A DNA stretch of 54,277 bases from Candidatus Nomurabacteria bacterium RIFCSPHIGHO2_01_FULL_41_71 (GCA_001785355.1 MFTQ01000020.1:1-54277); one strand, 5' to 3'; numbered from the stretch's first letter, positions 43,078 to 51,153 are shown. The notes: a model not told the origin generated them from the sequence alone. A program made the numbers and translations.

Positions 43078-43641
43078 ATGGAAGAATATGAAATAAAATT
43101 TTTAGAGGTGGATGTGCCGGAGGTTGAGAAAAAACTCATCCAGATTGGCGCAGAGAAAGTGGGGGAATACGATTATCTTCGAGTGATTTTGGATTATCCG
43201 GATGGAGCTTTGCACAAAAAACATAGCTGGATACGATTGCGTACAGACGGTAAGGAAGTTACTCTTACTTACAAGCAAAGCAAAAAAGATGAAAGTGGCA
43301 ACAATATCGGCATGAAAGAAATAGAAGTTGGGGTCGAAGAGTACGAAAAGACCCTGCAGTTTCTTCAGGCGATCGGGCTTATCGTCAAAATGGAAGAAAA
43401 AAATAAAAGAATAAGGTATGAAAAAGGTGATGTTGTTTTTGATATAGATTCTTGGCCACAGATTCCGACTTATCTCGAGATCGAATCTGATTCATATGAA
43501 AAAGTTAAAAATGCCGCCAAAGCACTTGATTTTAATCCTGACAATGGCATAATAGGCACGGCTGGAAGCGTATATAAAAAATATGGCATCGACATAGATG
43601 AATATTCCTCCATAACTTTTGACAGAATGATTAAAAAATAA
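43078..43641 (+). CDS. CYTH-domain (triphosphate tunnel metalloenzyme) protein, copy 1
   Basis: N-terminal EIKFL (ExExK) motif; size typical of CYTH proteins. Confidence 0.6.
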   Translation: MEEYEIKFLEVDVPEVEKKLIQIGAEKVGEYDYLRVILDYPDGALHKKHSWIRLRTDGKEVTLTYKQSKKDESGNNIGMKEIEVGVEEYEKTLQFLQAIGLIVKMEEKNKRIRYEKGDVVFDIDSWPQIPTYLEIESDSYEKVKNAAKALDFNPDNGIIGTAGSVYKKYGIDIDEYSSITFDRMIKK

Positions 43642-43751
43642 ATTATTTTTTAATACTATGAAAAAATGAGGTCGTCTTGTTTTATAGTATGGTTAAGTAC
43701 GGTCTAAAAGAATTTTTGCAAAATTTATTTTTTTCTGTTAAAATGGTCAAT

Positions 43752-44342
43752 ATGAAACATCCGAAAGAAGAAAAGACATATGTGATGATCAAGCCGGACG
43801 GAGTCAGGAAAGGCTTAATTGGTGAAGTTATTAAACGTTTCGAACAACATGATCTCAAGATTGTAGCGCTTGAGATGTTTCAGCCCACACATGAGCAAAT
43901 TCATGATCATTATCCCAAGGATGAGGCTTGGATTACTCGCTTGGGGGAAAAAACAAAATCAACTTACGAAAAGTATGGCTACGATATGATGGCGGACTTT
44001 GGCACAGTCGAAACTGCCAAGATCGGGCCGGAAGTAAGAAAATGGTTGGTGGATTACATGAGGTCTGCTCCACTAGTTCGCATGATAGTTCAAGGTGTTC
44101 ATGCGGTAGATATTGTACGTAAACTTGCCGGAGACACTTTACCTTATAGGGCGGCAGTAGGAACTATCCGTGGCGATTTTTCCATTGATTCTCCGATTTT
44201 GGCCAATAAAGAAAAAAGAGCAGTCGCCAATGTTATTCACTGCTCGGAAACTCCCGAGGAGGCGGAGCACGAAATTAAGCACTGGTTTGGTTCTGCAAAA
44301 ATTTACGACTACAAGCGTTTCGGTGTGGATGAATCCCGTTAG
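43752..44342 (+). CDS. ndk: nucleoside diphosphate kinase (long form)
   Basis: TYVMIKPDGVRKGLIGEVIKRFE and the catalytic-His context NVIHCSE. Start set to the ATG at 43752, 7 nt after TGtTAAAAT. Confidence 0.8.
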   Translation: MKHPKEEKTYVMIKPDGVRKGLIGEVIKRFEQHDLKIVALEMFQPTHEQIHDHYPKDEAWITRLGEKTKSTYEKYGYDMMADFGTVETAKIGPEVRKWLVDYMRSAPLVRMIVQGVHAVDIVRKLAGDTLPYRAAVGTIRGDFSIDSPILANKEKRAVANVIHCSETPEEAEHEIKHWFGSAKIYDYKRFGVDESR

Positions 44343-44405
44343 AAGTCTCGCTCGCGCTAGAAGCGCGAGTCCAAAGGACTTTGGCGGGGTTACTTCTAAC
44401 GGGAT
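44333..44405 (+). other. 73-nt three-way-junction element spanning the ndk stop and the maf start
   Basis: A 14-bp outer stem (44333-44346 with 44392-44405) encloses hairpins CTCGCGC-TAGAA-GCGCGAG (44351-44369) and CCAAA-GGAC-TTTGG (44371-44384). Confidence 0.55.
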
Positions 44406-44994
44406 GAATAAGAAAAAGAAAATTAAATTAATTCTCGGGTCAGCCTCTTCCTTCCGAAAAAAACTTCTAGAGGACGCTGGTTTTGTTTTTGACGTGAAGA
44501 CTGCCGATATAGACGAAAAGCAAATACGTCATGAAGATTTTAAGGAATTAGTTTTAAGACTTGGTTTGGCCAAAAGGGACGCGATTCTGGCGAAGAATAA
44601 ATTTAGTAAAAATACCATTTTAATAACTTCTGATTTAGTAGTTTCTCACAATGGAAAATTAAGAGAAAAACCAGTGTCAAAAGAAGAGGTTATCGCCTGG
44701 CACAAAGAATACCCGAAAGGGGAGACGGTTGTTTTTTGTTCAATTGTGGTTTATCATATTGGACTTAATAAAACCCTGAAAGCTGTAGATGTTGTTTCTA
44801 TAAAATGGGGGAAAATTCCAACTCGAGTTATTCACCAAATGGCAGATGACCCTATGACATATAAAGGAGCAGGATTTGTAGGTAGAGCTTTTTTCCATTA
44901 TGCAAAAAGTACAAAAGGAGCTATTGATACTGTGATAGGTGTTCCCGTAAGAATTCTTGAAGATTTTTTAGAAAAATTAGGATATTACAAGTAA
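44404..44994 (+). CDS. maf: Maf-like nucleoside triphosphate pyrophosphatase
   Basis: LILGSASSFRKKLLEDAGFVFDVKTADIDE. Start set to the ATG at 44404. Confidence 0.75.
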   Translation: MNKKKKIKLILGSASSFRKKLLEDAGFVFDVKTADIDEKQIRHEDFKELVLRLGLAKRDAILAKNKFSKNTILITSDLVVSHNGKLREKPVSKEEVIAWHKEYPKGETVVFCSIVVYHIGLNKTLKAVDVVSIKWGKIPTRVIHQMADDPMTYKGAGFVGRAFFHYAKSTKGAIDTVIGVPVRILEDFLEKLGYYK

Positions 44995-44995
44995 T

Positions 44996-45032
44996 TGCCC
45001 ACAGCCAGTGCCTCAGGCACTGGCTGTGGGCA
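44996..45032. repeat. REP hairpin, 5' flank of RAYT (17-bp stem)
   Basis: TGCCCACAGCCAGTGCC-TCA-GGCACTGGCTGTGGGCA. Confidence 0.85.
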
Positions 45033-45048
45033 GTGCTATACTTGCACT

Positions 45049-45723
45049 ATGAGAAAGCAACCAATTATAACAGGTGAATATTATCACATATATAATCGTG
45101 GTGTAGATAAGCGAGATATTTTTAAAAACAAAAAAGATATTGATCGTTTCTTTGAGAGTATAATTGAATTTAATCAAACTGAAATTATAGGGAGCATACG
45201 AGATGTAAGAAAGCATCAACCAGTGCCTCAGGCACTGGCTGATGCCACTAAAGATCCATTAGTTTCTTTTGTGGTATATTGTTTAAATCCTAATCATTTT
45301 CATTTTGTTTTGAAGCAGTTAGTGGACGGTGGAATAGCCAAGTTTATGCAAAAACTGCAAGCAGGGTACACTTATTATTTTAATGTCAAGTATTCTCGCA
45401 CTGGATCTCTTTTCCAAGGACCTTTTAAATCACAAGTTATGGCTAGTGAAAATTATTTTAACAAAATTCTTGGATATGTGAATAAAAATTACAAAGTTCA
45501 TTATATTCCAAAAAATAAATCTCATCTTGTCTATGCTAGCGACTATGAATATGAGAATAATAATTTGAAAATTGTTTCAAAAGAAGAAGGAAAAAGATTT
45601 TTGAACATTTTCAGTGGTAATAAGAATTTCAAAAAACACTGCGAAGAAATTATTGATATTATAAGAGCAGAAAGAGGAAGGGTTTCTCTTTTAGAAAAAG
45701 ATGCTCCCCCAGCCAGTGCCTGA
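45049..45723 (+). CDS. REP-associated tyrosine transposase (RAYT; IS200-like Y1/HUH)
   Basis: YHIYNRG N-terminus and HUH motif (NHFHFVL), with downstream Tyr-containing region YTYYFNVKYSRTGSLFQGPFKS. Start set to the ATG at 45049, 6 nt after TGcTATACT. Confidence 0.75.
   Translation: MRKQPIITGEYYHIYNRGVDKRDIFKNKKDIDRFFESIIEFNQTEIIGSIRDVRKHQPVPQALADATKDPLVSFVVYCLNPNHFHFVLKQLVDGGIAKFMQKLQAGYTYYFNVKYSRTGSLFQGPFKSQVMASENYFNKILGYVNKNYKVHYIPKNKSHLVYASDYEYENNNLKIVSKEEGKRFLNIFSGNKNFKKHCEEIIDIIRAERGRVSLLEKDAPPASA
45213..45245. repeat. REP hairpin copy inside the RAYT coding sequence
   Basis: GCATCAACCAGTGCC-TCA-GGCACTGGCTGATGC (one mismatch). In frame, it encodes ...HQPVPQALADA... Confidence 0.8.
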
Positions 45724-45744
45724 GGCACTGGCTGGGGGAGCATC
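45700..45744. repeat. REP hairpin, 3' flank of RAYT (21-bp stem)
   Basis: GATGCTCCCCCAGCCAGTGCC-TGA-GGCACTGGCTGGGGGAGCATC. The RAYT stop codon is the TGA loop. Confidence 0.85.
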
Positions 45745-45756
45745 TAATATAATTTT

Positions 45757-46296
45757 ATGCACGAAATTGAAACAAAAATTCTGAAAGTTGATGTTGAAGC
45801 AATCAAAAATAAACTGAAAAAGTTGGGTGCTAAAGAAATTCAAAATACACGACTTTACGTGGATTGGTATTGTGTAGAGGAAGCAGTAAAGGGAAATCAC
45901 CCTTGGTATTTACGTGTCCGTAAAACAAGCGACGGCAAAACCGAGATAAGCTGGAAGTCATTGGGGAAATTTGTGGGCAAGACCCGGCAATCCGCTGAAA
46001 TAAATATCAATGTTTCGGATTTTGACAAGGTAAAATTACTGTTTGAAGAGATTGGGCTGGTTCATTATGCGCATCAAGAAAAAGATAGAATATCTTTTGT
46101 TTTGGAAAATTGGAATTTTGACTTAGATCAGTATCCCGGAATGCCGGCGTATCTTGAAATTGAGGGCAATAGCGAAAATCATATTAACGAGGCTATAAAA
46201 TTACTGGAATTGCAAGATTATGAAGCTTTATCAGAGGGAGAAACGAAACTGATAAAAGAAAAATACGGACTGAATTGGAACGATATGCGGTTTTAA
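45757..46296 (+). CDS. CYTH-domain protein, copy 2
   Basis: N-terminal EIETKIL (ExExK) motif; paralog of 43078-43641. Confidence 0.6.
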   Translation: MHEIETKILKVDVEAIKNKLKKLGAKEIQNTRLYVDWYCVEEAVKGNHPWYLRVRKTSDGKTEISWKSLGKFVGKTRQSAEININVSDFDKVKLLFEEIGLVHYAHQEKDRISFVLENWNFDLDQYPGMPAYLEIEGNSENHINEAIKLLELQDYEALSEGETKLIKEKYGLNWNDMRF

Positions 46297-46513
46297 AATG
46301 TTTTATCAGTAAAATTATTCTGAAACAAAAAAAAGGTTTCGTCTATATTGCGAAAAATCTTTAAAAGCATACACTAAAGGCAGGGTTATTTTCAATTATT
46401 ACCTAGAACACTAATTTATGGGAGAGTCGATTGTGTTTGACCTTGGTCTCATGCATCTCTCACCCACCTAAGCGTCAAGCTACGGTAATACATTGGAGAT
46501 AGTCCTAAGAAGA

Positions 46514-46551
46514 ATTCCGTCCGCCTTTGGGCAGAGCGGATTTTTTCTTAA
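46514..46551 (+). terminator. intrinsic terminator candidate ending an orphan intergenic region of about 200 nt
   Basis: TCCGCC-TTTG-GGC..GCGGA imperfect stem followed by TTTTTT. Confidence 0.4.
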
Positions 46552-46568
46552 CATATTGTCCTGTTTTA

Positions 46569-46586
46569 TGGTAAAATAATCCCATG
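46569..46586 (+). promoter_or_regulatory. extended -10 (TGgTAAAAT) 6 nt upstream of the ATG
   Basis: TGg at 46569-46571, TAAAAT at 46572-46577, spacer aatccc, ATG at 46584. Confidence 0.45.
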
Positions 46587-46982
46587 AACAGGAAAAAGCT
46601 TTTAAAACATCTGGTCTTTCTGATGTTTTTTATTTTTGGGCTTTATATTATGTCAGAAAGGTTTTATTGGTATTCTTTACTTTGGTATTTCGATATGATT
46701 ATGCATTTTCTGGGAGGATTGTGGGTGGGGATGTTCTTTTTGTATGTTTTTTCGATAGAAAAGCCCGTTTCCAAAAATACAACACTTTCTTTGAAAGTAT
46801 TTCTGGCTACATTTCTTATCGGAATTTTATGGGAGTTCTATGAGCTTGCTCTTGATATGATAAGCAGAACGGATTTCGATTTTCCGGATACTTTTTCCGA
46901 TATGCTCTTTGATGTGCTAGGCGTTCTTCTTGCGACTTTTTATTACCTAAAAGGAACAATATGGATGACTCGGCAAAAATAA
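46584..46982 (+). CDS. hypothetical 4-TM membrane protein (132 aa)
   Basis: Hydrophobic ORF; no family recognised. Confidence 0.55.
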   Translation: MNRKKLLKHLVFLMFFIFGLYIMSERFYWYSLLWYFDMIMHFLGGLWVGMFFLYVFSIEKPVSKNTTLSLKVFLATFLIGILWEFYELALDMISRTDFDFPDTFSDMLFDVLGVLLATFYYLKGTIWMTRQK

Positions 46983-48376
46983 CATTTCATGGGGGGACGG
47001 GCACGGTAACCGGCGCGAATTTTCTTCTGGAAGCGGACGGCAAAAAAATCCTCGTTGATTGCGGACTTACCCAGGGGGTAAGGCTTGCGGATGATATCAA
47101 TTGGGATCCATTCCCGTATGATCCGAAAGAGATAGATTTTCTTTTTATCACTCACGCTCATGTGGACCACTTGGGCAGGGTGCCGAAACTAATCCATGAG
47201 GGTTTTCGGGGAAGAATTTATTCTACCGGGCCCACCAAATCTCTTGCTCCTCTAATGCTGGAAGATACGGCTGGGATCTTGGAAAAGAATAAAGACTTTC
47301 ATCTGGATAAAATTTATTCTCCGGAAAATATCCGAGCGGCCATTACTCTATGGGAAGGATTCGAATATCATCAGGAAATACAAATAACAGAAAAGCTGAA
47401 AGTTTCTTTTCTGGACGCCGGGCATATTATGGGTTCTGCCATGATATGTTTTGTTTTTAACGGAAAAAAAATTCTTTTTACGGGTGATTTGGGCAACAGT
47501 CCGTCGCCAATTCTGCCGGATACCGAAAAAATAACAGACATTGATTATTTGATAATGGAATCCGTGTATGGAGACCGCAATCACGAGTCCAAGGGAGATC
47601 GTAAGAAATTTCTGGAGCAAACCATTGAAGATAATTATAAGAGAAAAGGAGTTTTGCTTATTCCGACTTTTTCTCTGGAGCGTTCCCAGGAACTTCTCTT
47701 TGAATTAAACAGCTTGGTGGAGAATGATCGCATTCCCGTTATGCCCATATTTTTAGACTCGCCATTGGCTATACGGCTGACGGAGGTTTTTAAGCGGTAT
47801 AAAGAATATTTAAATGAAGCGGCTCAAAAAGTTATGTCTAAAGACAAGTATTTGTTTGATTTCCCAGGCTTGCATTCCACTCTTCATTCTGACGAATCCA
47901 GAAAGATAAACGAAGTGCCCAATCCGAAAGTAATTATTGCCGGCTCCGGCATGTCTTCGGGCGGACGCATCGTGCATCACGAAAAGCAATATTTGCCGGA
48001 TCCGAACAATACTCTTCTTTTGATCGGCTATCAGGCGGTGGGTTCGCCAGGCAGACTTATTCAAGAAGGGGTAAAAACAGTGCGCATAGTGGGGGAATAC
48101 ATCACTGTGCGCGCCAGAGTAGTCACCATCTCCGGATATTCCGGGCATAAAGATTCCGACGGTTTGCTTGATTTTGTTTCTCTTATGCAGGATAGTGTGA
48201 AAAAAGTTTTTGCCGTAATGGGAGAGCCGAAAAGCTCGATGTTTCTGGTGCAAAAGCTTCGGGACAATCTCGCCATCGATGCCAGCGCGCCTGAAGAAGG
48301 AGAAAGTGTTGTGCTTCCTTGTCCGGTGGTGCATAATGAAAACATTAATATTGCTAAAATCAATGAACACGCATAA
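46961..48376 (+). CDS. MBL-fold beta-CASP ribonuclease (RNase J/CPSF-like)
   Basis: HAHVDH motif plus beta-CASP and C-terminal RNA-metabolising MBL region; 471 aa. Confidence 0.8.
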   Translation: MDDSAKITFHGGTGTVTGANFLLEADGKKILVDCGLTQGVRLADDINWDPFPYDPKEIDFLFITHAHVDHLGRVPKLIHEGFRGRIYSTGPTKSLAPLMLEDTAGILEKNKDFHLDKIYSPENIRAAITLWEGFEYHQEIQITEKLKVSFLDAGHIMGSAMICFVFNGKKILFTGDLGNSPSPILPDTEKITDIDYLIMESVYGDRNHESKGDRKKFLEQTIEDNYKRKGVLLIPTFSLERSQELLFELNSLVENDRIPVMPIFLDSPLAIRLTEVFKRYKEYLNEAAQKVMSKDKYLFDFPGLHSTLHSDESRKINEVPNPKVIIAGSGMSSGGRIVHHEKQYLPDPNNTLLLIGYQAVGSPGRLIQEGVKTVRIVGEYITVRARVVTISGYSGHKDSDGLLDFVSLMQDSVKKVFAVMGEPKSSMFLVQKLRDNLAIDASAPEEGESVVLPCPVVHNENINIAKINEHA

Positions 48377-48983
48377 TTACGCCAAACACGGTCATAATCA
48401 GATAAAAATTTGCGTTTCCGGCGCGGCTGAGACGGGTCATTGCGGGATCGATGCATTGGAAAAGGCCAAAGAACTCGGCAAAGAAATAGCTCGCCAGGGA
48501 GCCGTGCTTTTAACCGGAGCGACTACCGGTTTTCCGTTGTGGGTAGCCATGGGAGCCAAAGAGGCTGGAGGTTTTTCTATCGGGTTTTCTCCGGCGGCCT
48601 CCGAGCGCGAACATGTGGAAGTTTATAAGCTTCCGCTTGATTATCTGGATTTGATCGTTTATACCGGCTTTGGTTATCCCGGCAGGGATCTTCTTTTAAC
48701 CCGTTCTTCGGATGCGGTTATTTGCGGATGCGGGCGGGTGGGCACGATTCATGAATTTACCATTGCCTTTGAAGATGGCAAGCCGATTGGGATTTTCGAG
48801 GGTCCATGGGAAATGGGAGAACAGCTAAAAGAAATAATTAAGAAAGGGCATCGCTCAATCGGCAAGATTGTTGTCGGTTCTAATCCTAAAAAACTAGTTG
48901 AAGGTGTGTTTGAGCTCGTGAAAAAGGAAAAAACAGGAGAGTATAAGATAAGTTCTTCTTCGTCTCCGGATACAGCCCAATAA
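48363..48983 (+). CDS. TIGR00725/LOG-SLOG-like Rossmann-fold nucleotide-binding protein (start uncertain)
   Basis: KICVSGAA...LLTGATTGFPLWVAMGAKEAGG...GCGRVGTIHEF pattern. Confidence 0.6.
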   Translation: MNTHNYAKHGHNQIKICVSGAAETGHCGIDALEKAKELGKEIARQGAVLLTGATTGFPLWVAMGAKEAGGFSIGFSPAASEREHVEVYKLPLDYLDLIVYTGFGYPGRDLLLTRSSDAVICGCGRVGTIHEFTIAFEDGKPIGIFEGPWEMGEQLKEIIKKGHRSIGKIVVGSNPKKLVEGVFELVKKEKTGEYKISSSSSPDTAQ

Positions 48984-48991
48984 AAAGACGC

Positions 48992-49336
48992 TCACTTTAC
49001 ACTCTCGAGAATTCTAGCAAAAGTGTTCGGATGATTTTGCGCCAGATCAGACAATATCTTGCGATCCAGCGTTATTTTCTTTTTATTCAAAGCTCCGATG
49101 AGCCTGGAGTAAGACATGCCGAGCTCGCGGGCTCCGGCGTTTATCTTTATATTCCAAAGTTTGCGATTATGGGATTTTTTATCTCTGCGGTGAGCAAAGG
49201 CATAAGCTCCGGCATGGAGCAGGGCGTCCTTTGCCTGGCGTTCTTTGCTTTTTCGTCCATGGCGGAAGCCCTTTGTCTGTTTCAAGACACTCCTTCTTCT
49301 TTTTAACGCATGCACTCCTTTTTTTACTCTTGTCAT
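48992..49336 (-). CDS. rplT: 50S ribosomal protein L20
   Basis: Starts MTRVKKGVHALKRRRSVLKQTKGF. Confidence 0.95.
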   Translation of the reverse strand: MTRVKKGVHALKRRRSVLKQTKGFRHGRKSKERQAKDALLHAGAYAFAHRRDKKSHNRKLWNIKINAGARELGMSYSRLIGALNKKKITLDRKILSDLAQNHPNTFARILESVK

Positions 49337-49378
49337 ATTAGTAGCGAAAAGTTATTAAGTTTATAAAATTATAAAGCA

Positions 49379-49573
49379 TTAAGAAAACGGAAGCAGATGC
49401 GACTTGGGTTTGTTTTTTATTCTGAACTTCCGTCCTTTTCTGCCGGCAAGTTGGGTAGCGCGCGATTGTTTGGCGTTGAAATGATTAAAACCGGGTTTTC
49501 TGGAAAAAATCTTGCCGTTTTTGGTAAATTTCAATCTTTTGCTGTATGATTTATTTGTTTTCATTCCTTTCAT
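49379..49573 (-). CDS. rpmI: 50S ribosomal protein L35
   Basis: 64 aa, basic; KTNKSYSKRLKFTKNGKI. Confidence 0.9.
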   Translation of the reverse strand: MKGMKTNKSYSKRLKFTKNGKIFSRKPGFNHFNAKQSRATQLAGRKGRKFRIKNKPKSHLLPFS

Positions 49574-49618
49574 GTGTTTTTCTCGCGATTTATAGTTTTA
49601 AACTTTGCATTTTTTAAT

Positions 49619-50125
49619 TTACTTTGCTCTCTCTATGGTGGTAATCAATCCTTTCGGACCTCTCTTGTATGGATCGGATATCTTGTATTCTTCGGTAATC
49701 AGATGAAGCAGTCTGTCTAAACGTTCTCTTAGGAATTTTTCATCCATGTATTTGGCTCGGCCGGATAGAAAAAGCTCTATCTTAATCCTGTGTCCCTCTT
49801 TGAGCCACTTGGAAGCGGTTTTGGATTTCAATTCCAAATCATGGCCTCCGGTGCCGATTTTCACCTGGATTGATTTGGTTTCGGTGGCTTTTGTCCCAGC
49901 CTTGGCCTTTTTGAGCTTTTTGGCCATTTCGTATTGATACTTGCCGAAATCCATTATTTTCCCTATCGGAGGAACGGAATTTGGAGATATCTCTATGAGA
50001 TCCAGGCCTTCCTTTTGAGCTAGTTCCAGAGCGTCTTTGATGCTCATTATTCCGAGATTCTGGTTTCCGTTGTCTATGATCCGAAGCTCTTTTACCCTTA
50101 TTTGGTTGTTTATTCTTTCTCGCAA
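49619..50125 (-). CDS. infC: translation initiation factor IF-3 (non-ATG start; exact start uncertain)
   Basis: The IF-3 core begins INNQIRVKELRIID. The track ORF start at 50224 lies upstream of a TTGACT-N17-TATATT promoter, so only the in-frame TTG at 50125 or the ATA at 50113 are plausible starts. Confidence 0.8.
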   Translation of the reverse strand: MRERINNQIRVKELRIIDNGNQNLGIMSIKDALELAQKEGLDLIEISPNSVPPIGKIMDFGKYQYEMAKKLKKAKAGTKATETKSIQVKIGTGGHDLELKSKTASKWLKEGHRIKIELFLSGRAKYMDEKFLRERLDRLLHLITEEYKISDPYKRGPKGLITTIERAK

Positions 50126-50153
50126 ATGACGTAAATGATATCCTGACTCTAAA

Positions 50154-50182
50154 AATATAGCGTATTTCAGTCCGAAAGTCAA
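50154..50182 (-). promoter_or_regulatory. promoter TTGACT-N17-TATATT for infC-rpmI-rplT
   Basis: Minus strand: TTGACT at 50182-50177 and TATATT at 50159-50154. Confidence 0.5.
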
Positions 50183-50231
50183 GGAAAAATGTGGTTTGTA
50201 AGTTTTCCCGCTTGAGTGACGCAATATTTTT

Positions 50232-50634
50232 TGTGGAACTGGGGGGAAATGAGCCCCCGTGCAGAAGGTTTCTGCCTTGATTTCTACATGTTTAGCAAGC
50301 TTTTTGTTTTAGGTTAAAGAATTTTTAAGCGTGCCAAATATTTTTTAACCGAGCCTCTGTGTTTTCGGAAGTTAGCCGAGGCGGTCCTCTTCCTAATCCC
50401 GATAATATTGCGCCTCAACTCATATATCGGAAGTCTATGAGAGAGACGTCAGCTTACGCCGAAGCGCTCACTGAAGCGAAAGCGAAGTCATTCATACCGA
50501 AGTATGGGAAGACCGCCGCCTTCACCTTGGAAGCTAATTTTGCAATTAGACATTTGAACAAATTTTAACGAGATTATGTTCATGCTCGACATGCGTCAAG
50601 AGCCGAAGGCCCGCTGTCTATGCCTTTCAGTCCC
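50232..50634 (-). ncRNA. ssrA: tmRNA (SsrA)
   Basis: 5' end GGGACUGAAAGGCAUAGACAGCGGG...GCAUGUCGAGC. 3' T-arm GGGGG-CUCAUUU-CCCCC, then acceptor CAGUUCC-A, giving a G3-U70 pair. Candidate tag frame runs 50543 to 50454. smpB lies immediately upstream. Confidence 0.85.
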
Positions 50635-50659
50635 ATGTTTTTCTTTTTTCAAAGTCCTT

Positions 50660-51106
50660 TTACTTACCCTTATATTCCCTTTGAAGATTGCGCTCAGCTT
50701 CGCGCTTTTTAATGGCCTCGCGTTTATCGCGCTTTTTCTTGCCTTTTACGAGAGCTATCTCCAGCTTTATCTTCTTGCCTTTATTATACACTTTCATCGG
50801 TATTATTGTCAAGCTTTTATTTTTCTCGCTTCCGAAAAGTTCGGCAATTTCTTTTTTTGTCAACAGAAGTCTTCTGTTGCGAAGAGGGTCATAATCCTTT
50901 GGCGTGTTTTTTGCCTGATATGGAGGAATATTCGCGTTTATAAGATATGCTTCGCTTCCGCGGACAATGACAAAAGACCCTTCTAGGGACATTTGTCCGC
51001 TCCGGATGGATTTTACTTCCGTGCCCAAAAGTTCGATGCCCGCCTCGTATTTTTTCAAGGTCTCATAATTGAATCTTGCTTTTCTGTTTTCCGCATAGTT
51101 TGACAT
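50660..51106 (-). CDS. smpB: SsrA-binding protein SmpB
   Basis: 148 aa; NRKARFNYETLKKYEAGIELLGTEVKS. Confidence 0.93.
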   Translation of the reverse strand: MSNYAENRKARFNYETLKKYEAGIELLGTEVKSIRSGQMSLEGSFVIVRGSEAYLINANIPPYQAKNTPKDYDPLRNRRLLLTKKEIAELFGSEKNKSLTIIPMKVYNKGKKIKLEIALVKGKKKRDKREAIKKREAERNLQREYKGK

Positions 51107-51153
51107 ATTTCAATATTACCATAAATTAAAGTCTTTTCTTCCGTGATTTTTTG

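Larger units (their letters stand above)
44996..45744 (+). mobile_element. REPtron-like unit: a RAYT gene flanked by REP hairpins
   Basis: Hairpins at 44996-45032 and 45700-45744 share CAGCCAGTGCCT(C/G)AGGCACTGGCTG and bracket an IS200-like Y1 transposase ORF. Confidence 0.7.

Noticed and set aside
44170-44403. N-terminal 78 codons of the track ORF for maf.
   Set aside because: They overlap the ndk 3' end and read through the GC-rich three-way-junction element. The Maf homology begins at the ATG at 44404.
44995-45048. TTG-initiated extension of the RAYT ORF (MPTASASGTGCGQCYTCT).
   Set aside because: It is the translation of the 5' REP hairpin and of the TGcTATACT promoter. The conserved RAYT N-terminus starts at the ATG at 45049.
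50359-50986. Plus-strand ORFs 50359-50568 and 50576-50986.
   Set aside because: They lie antisense to the tmRNA and to smpB respectively, and neither has a recognisable motif.
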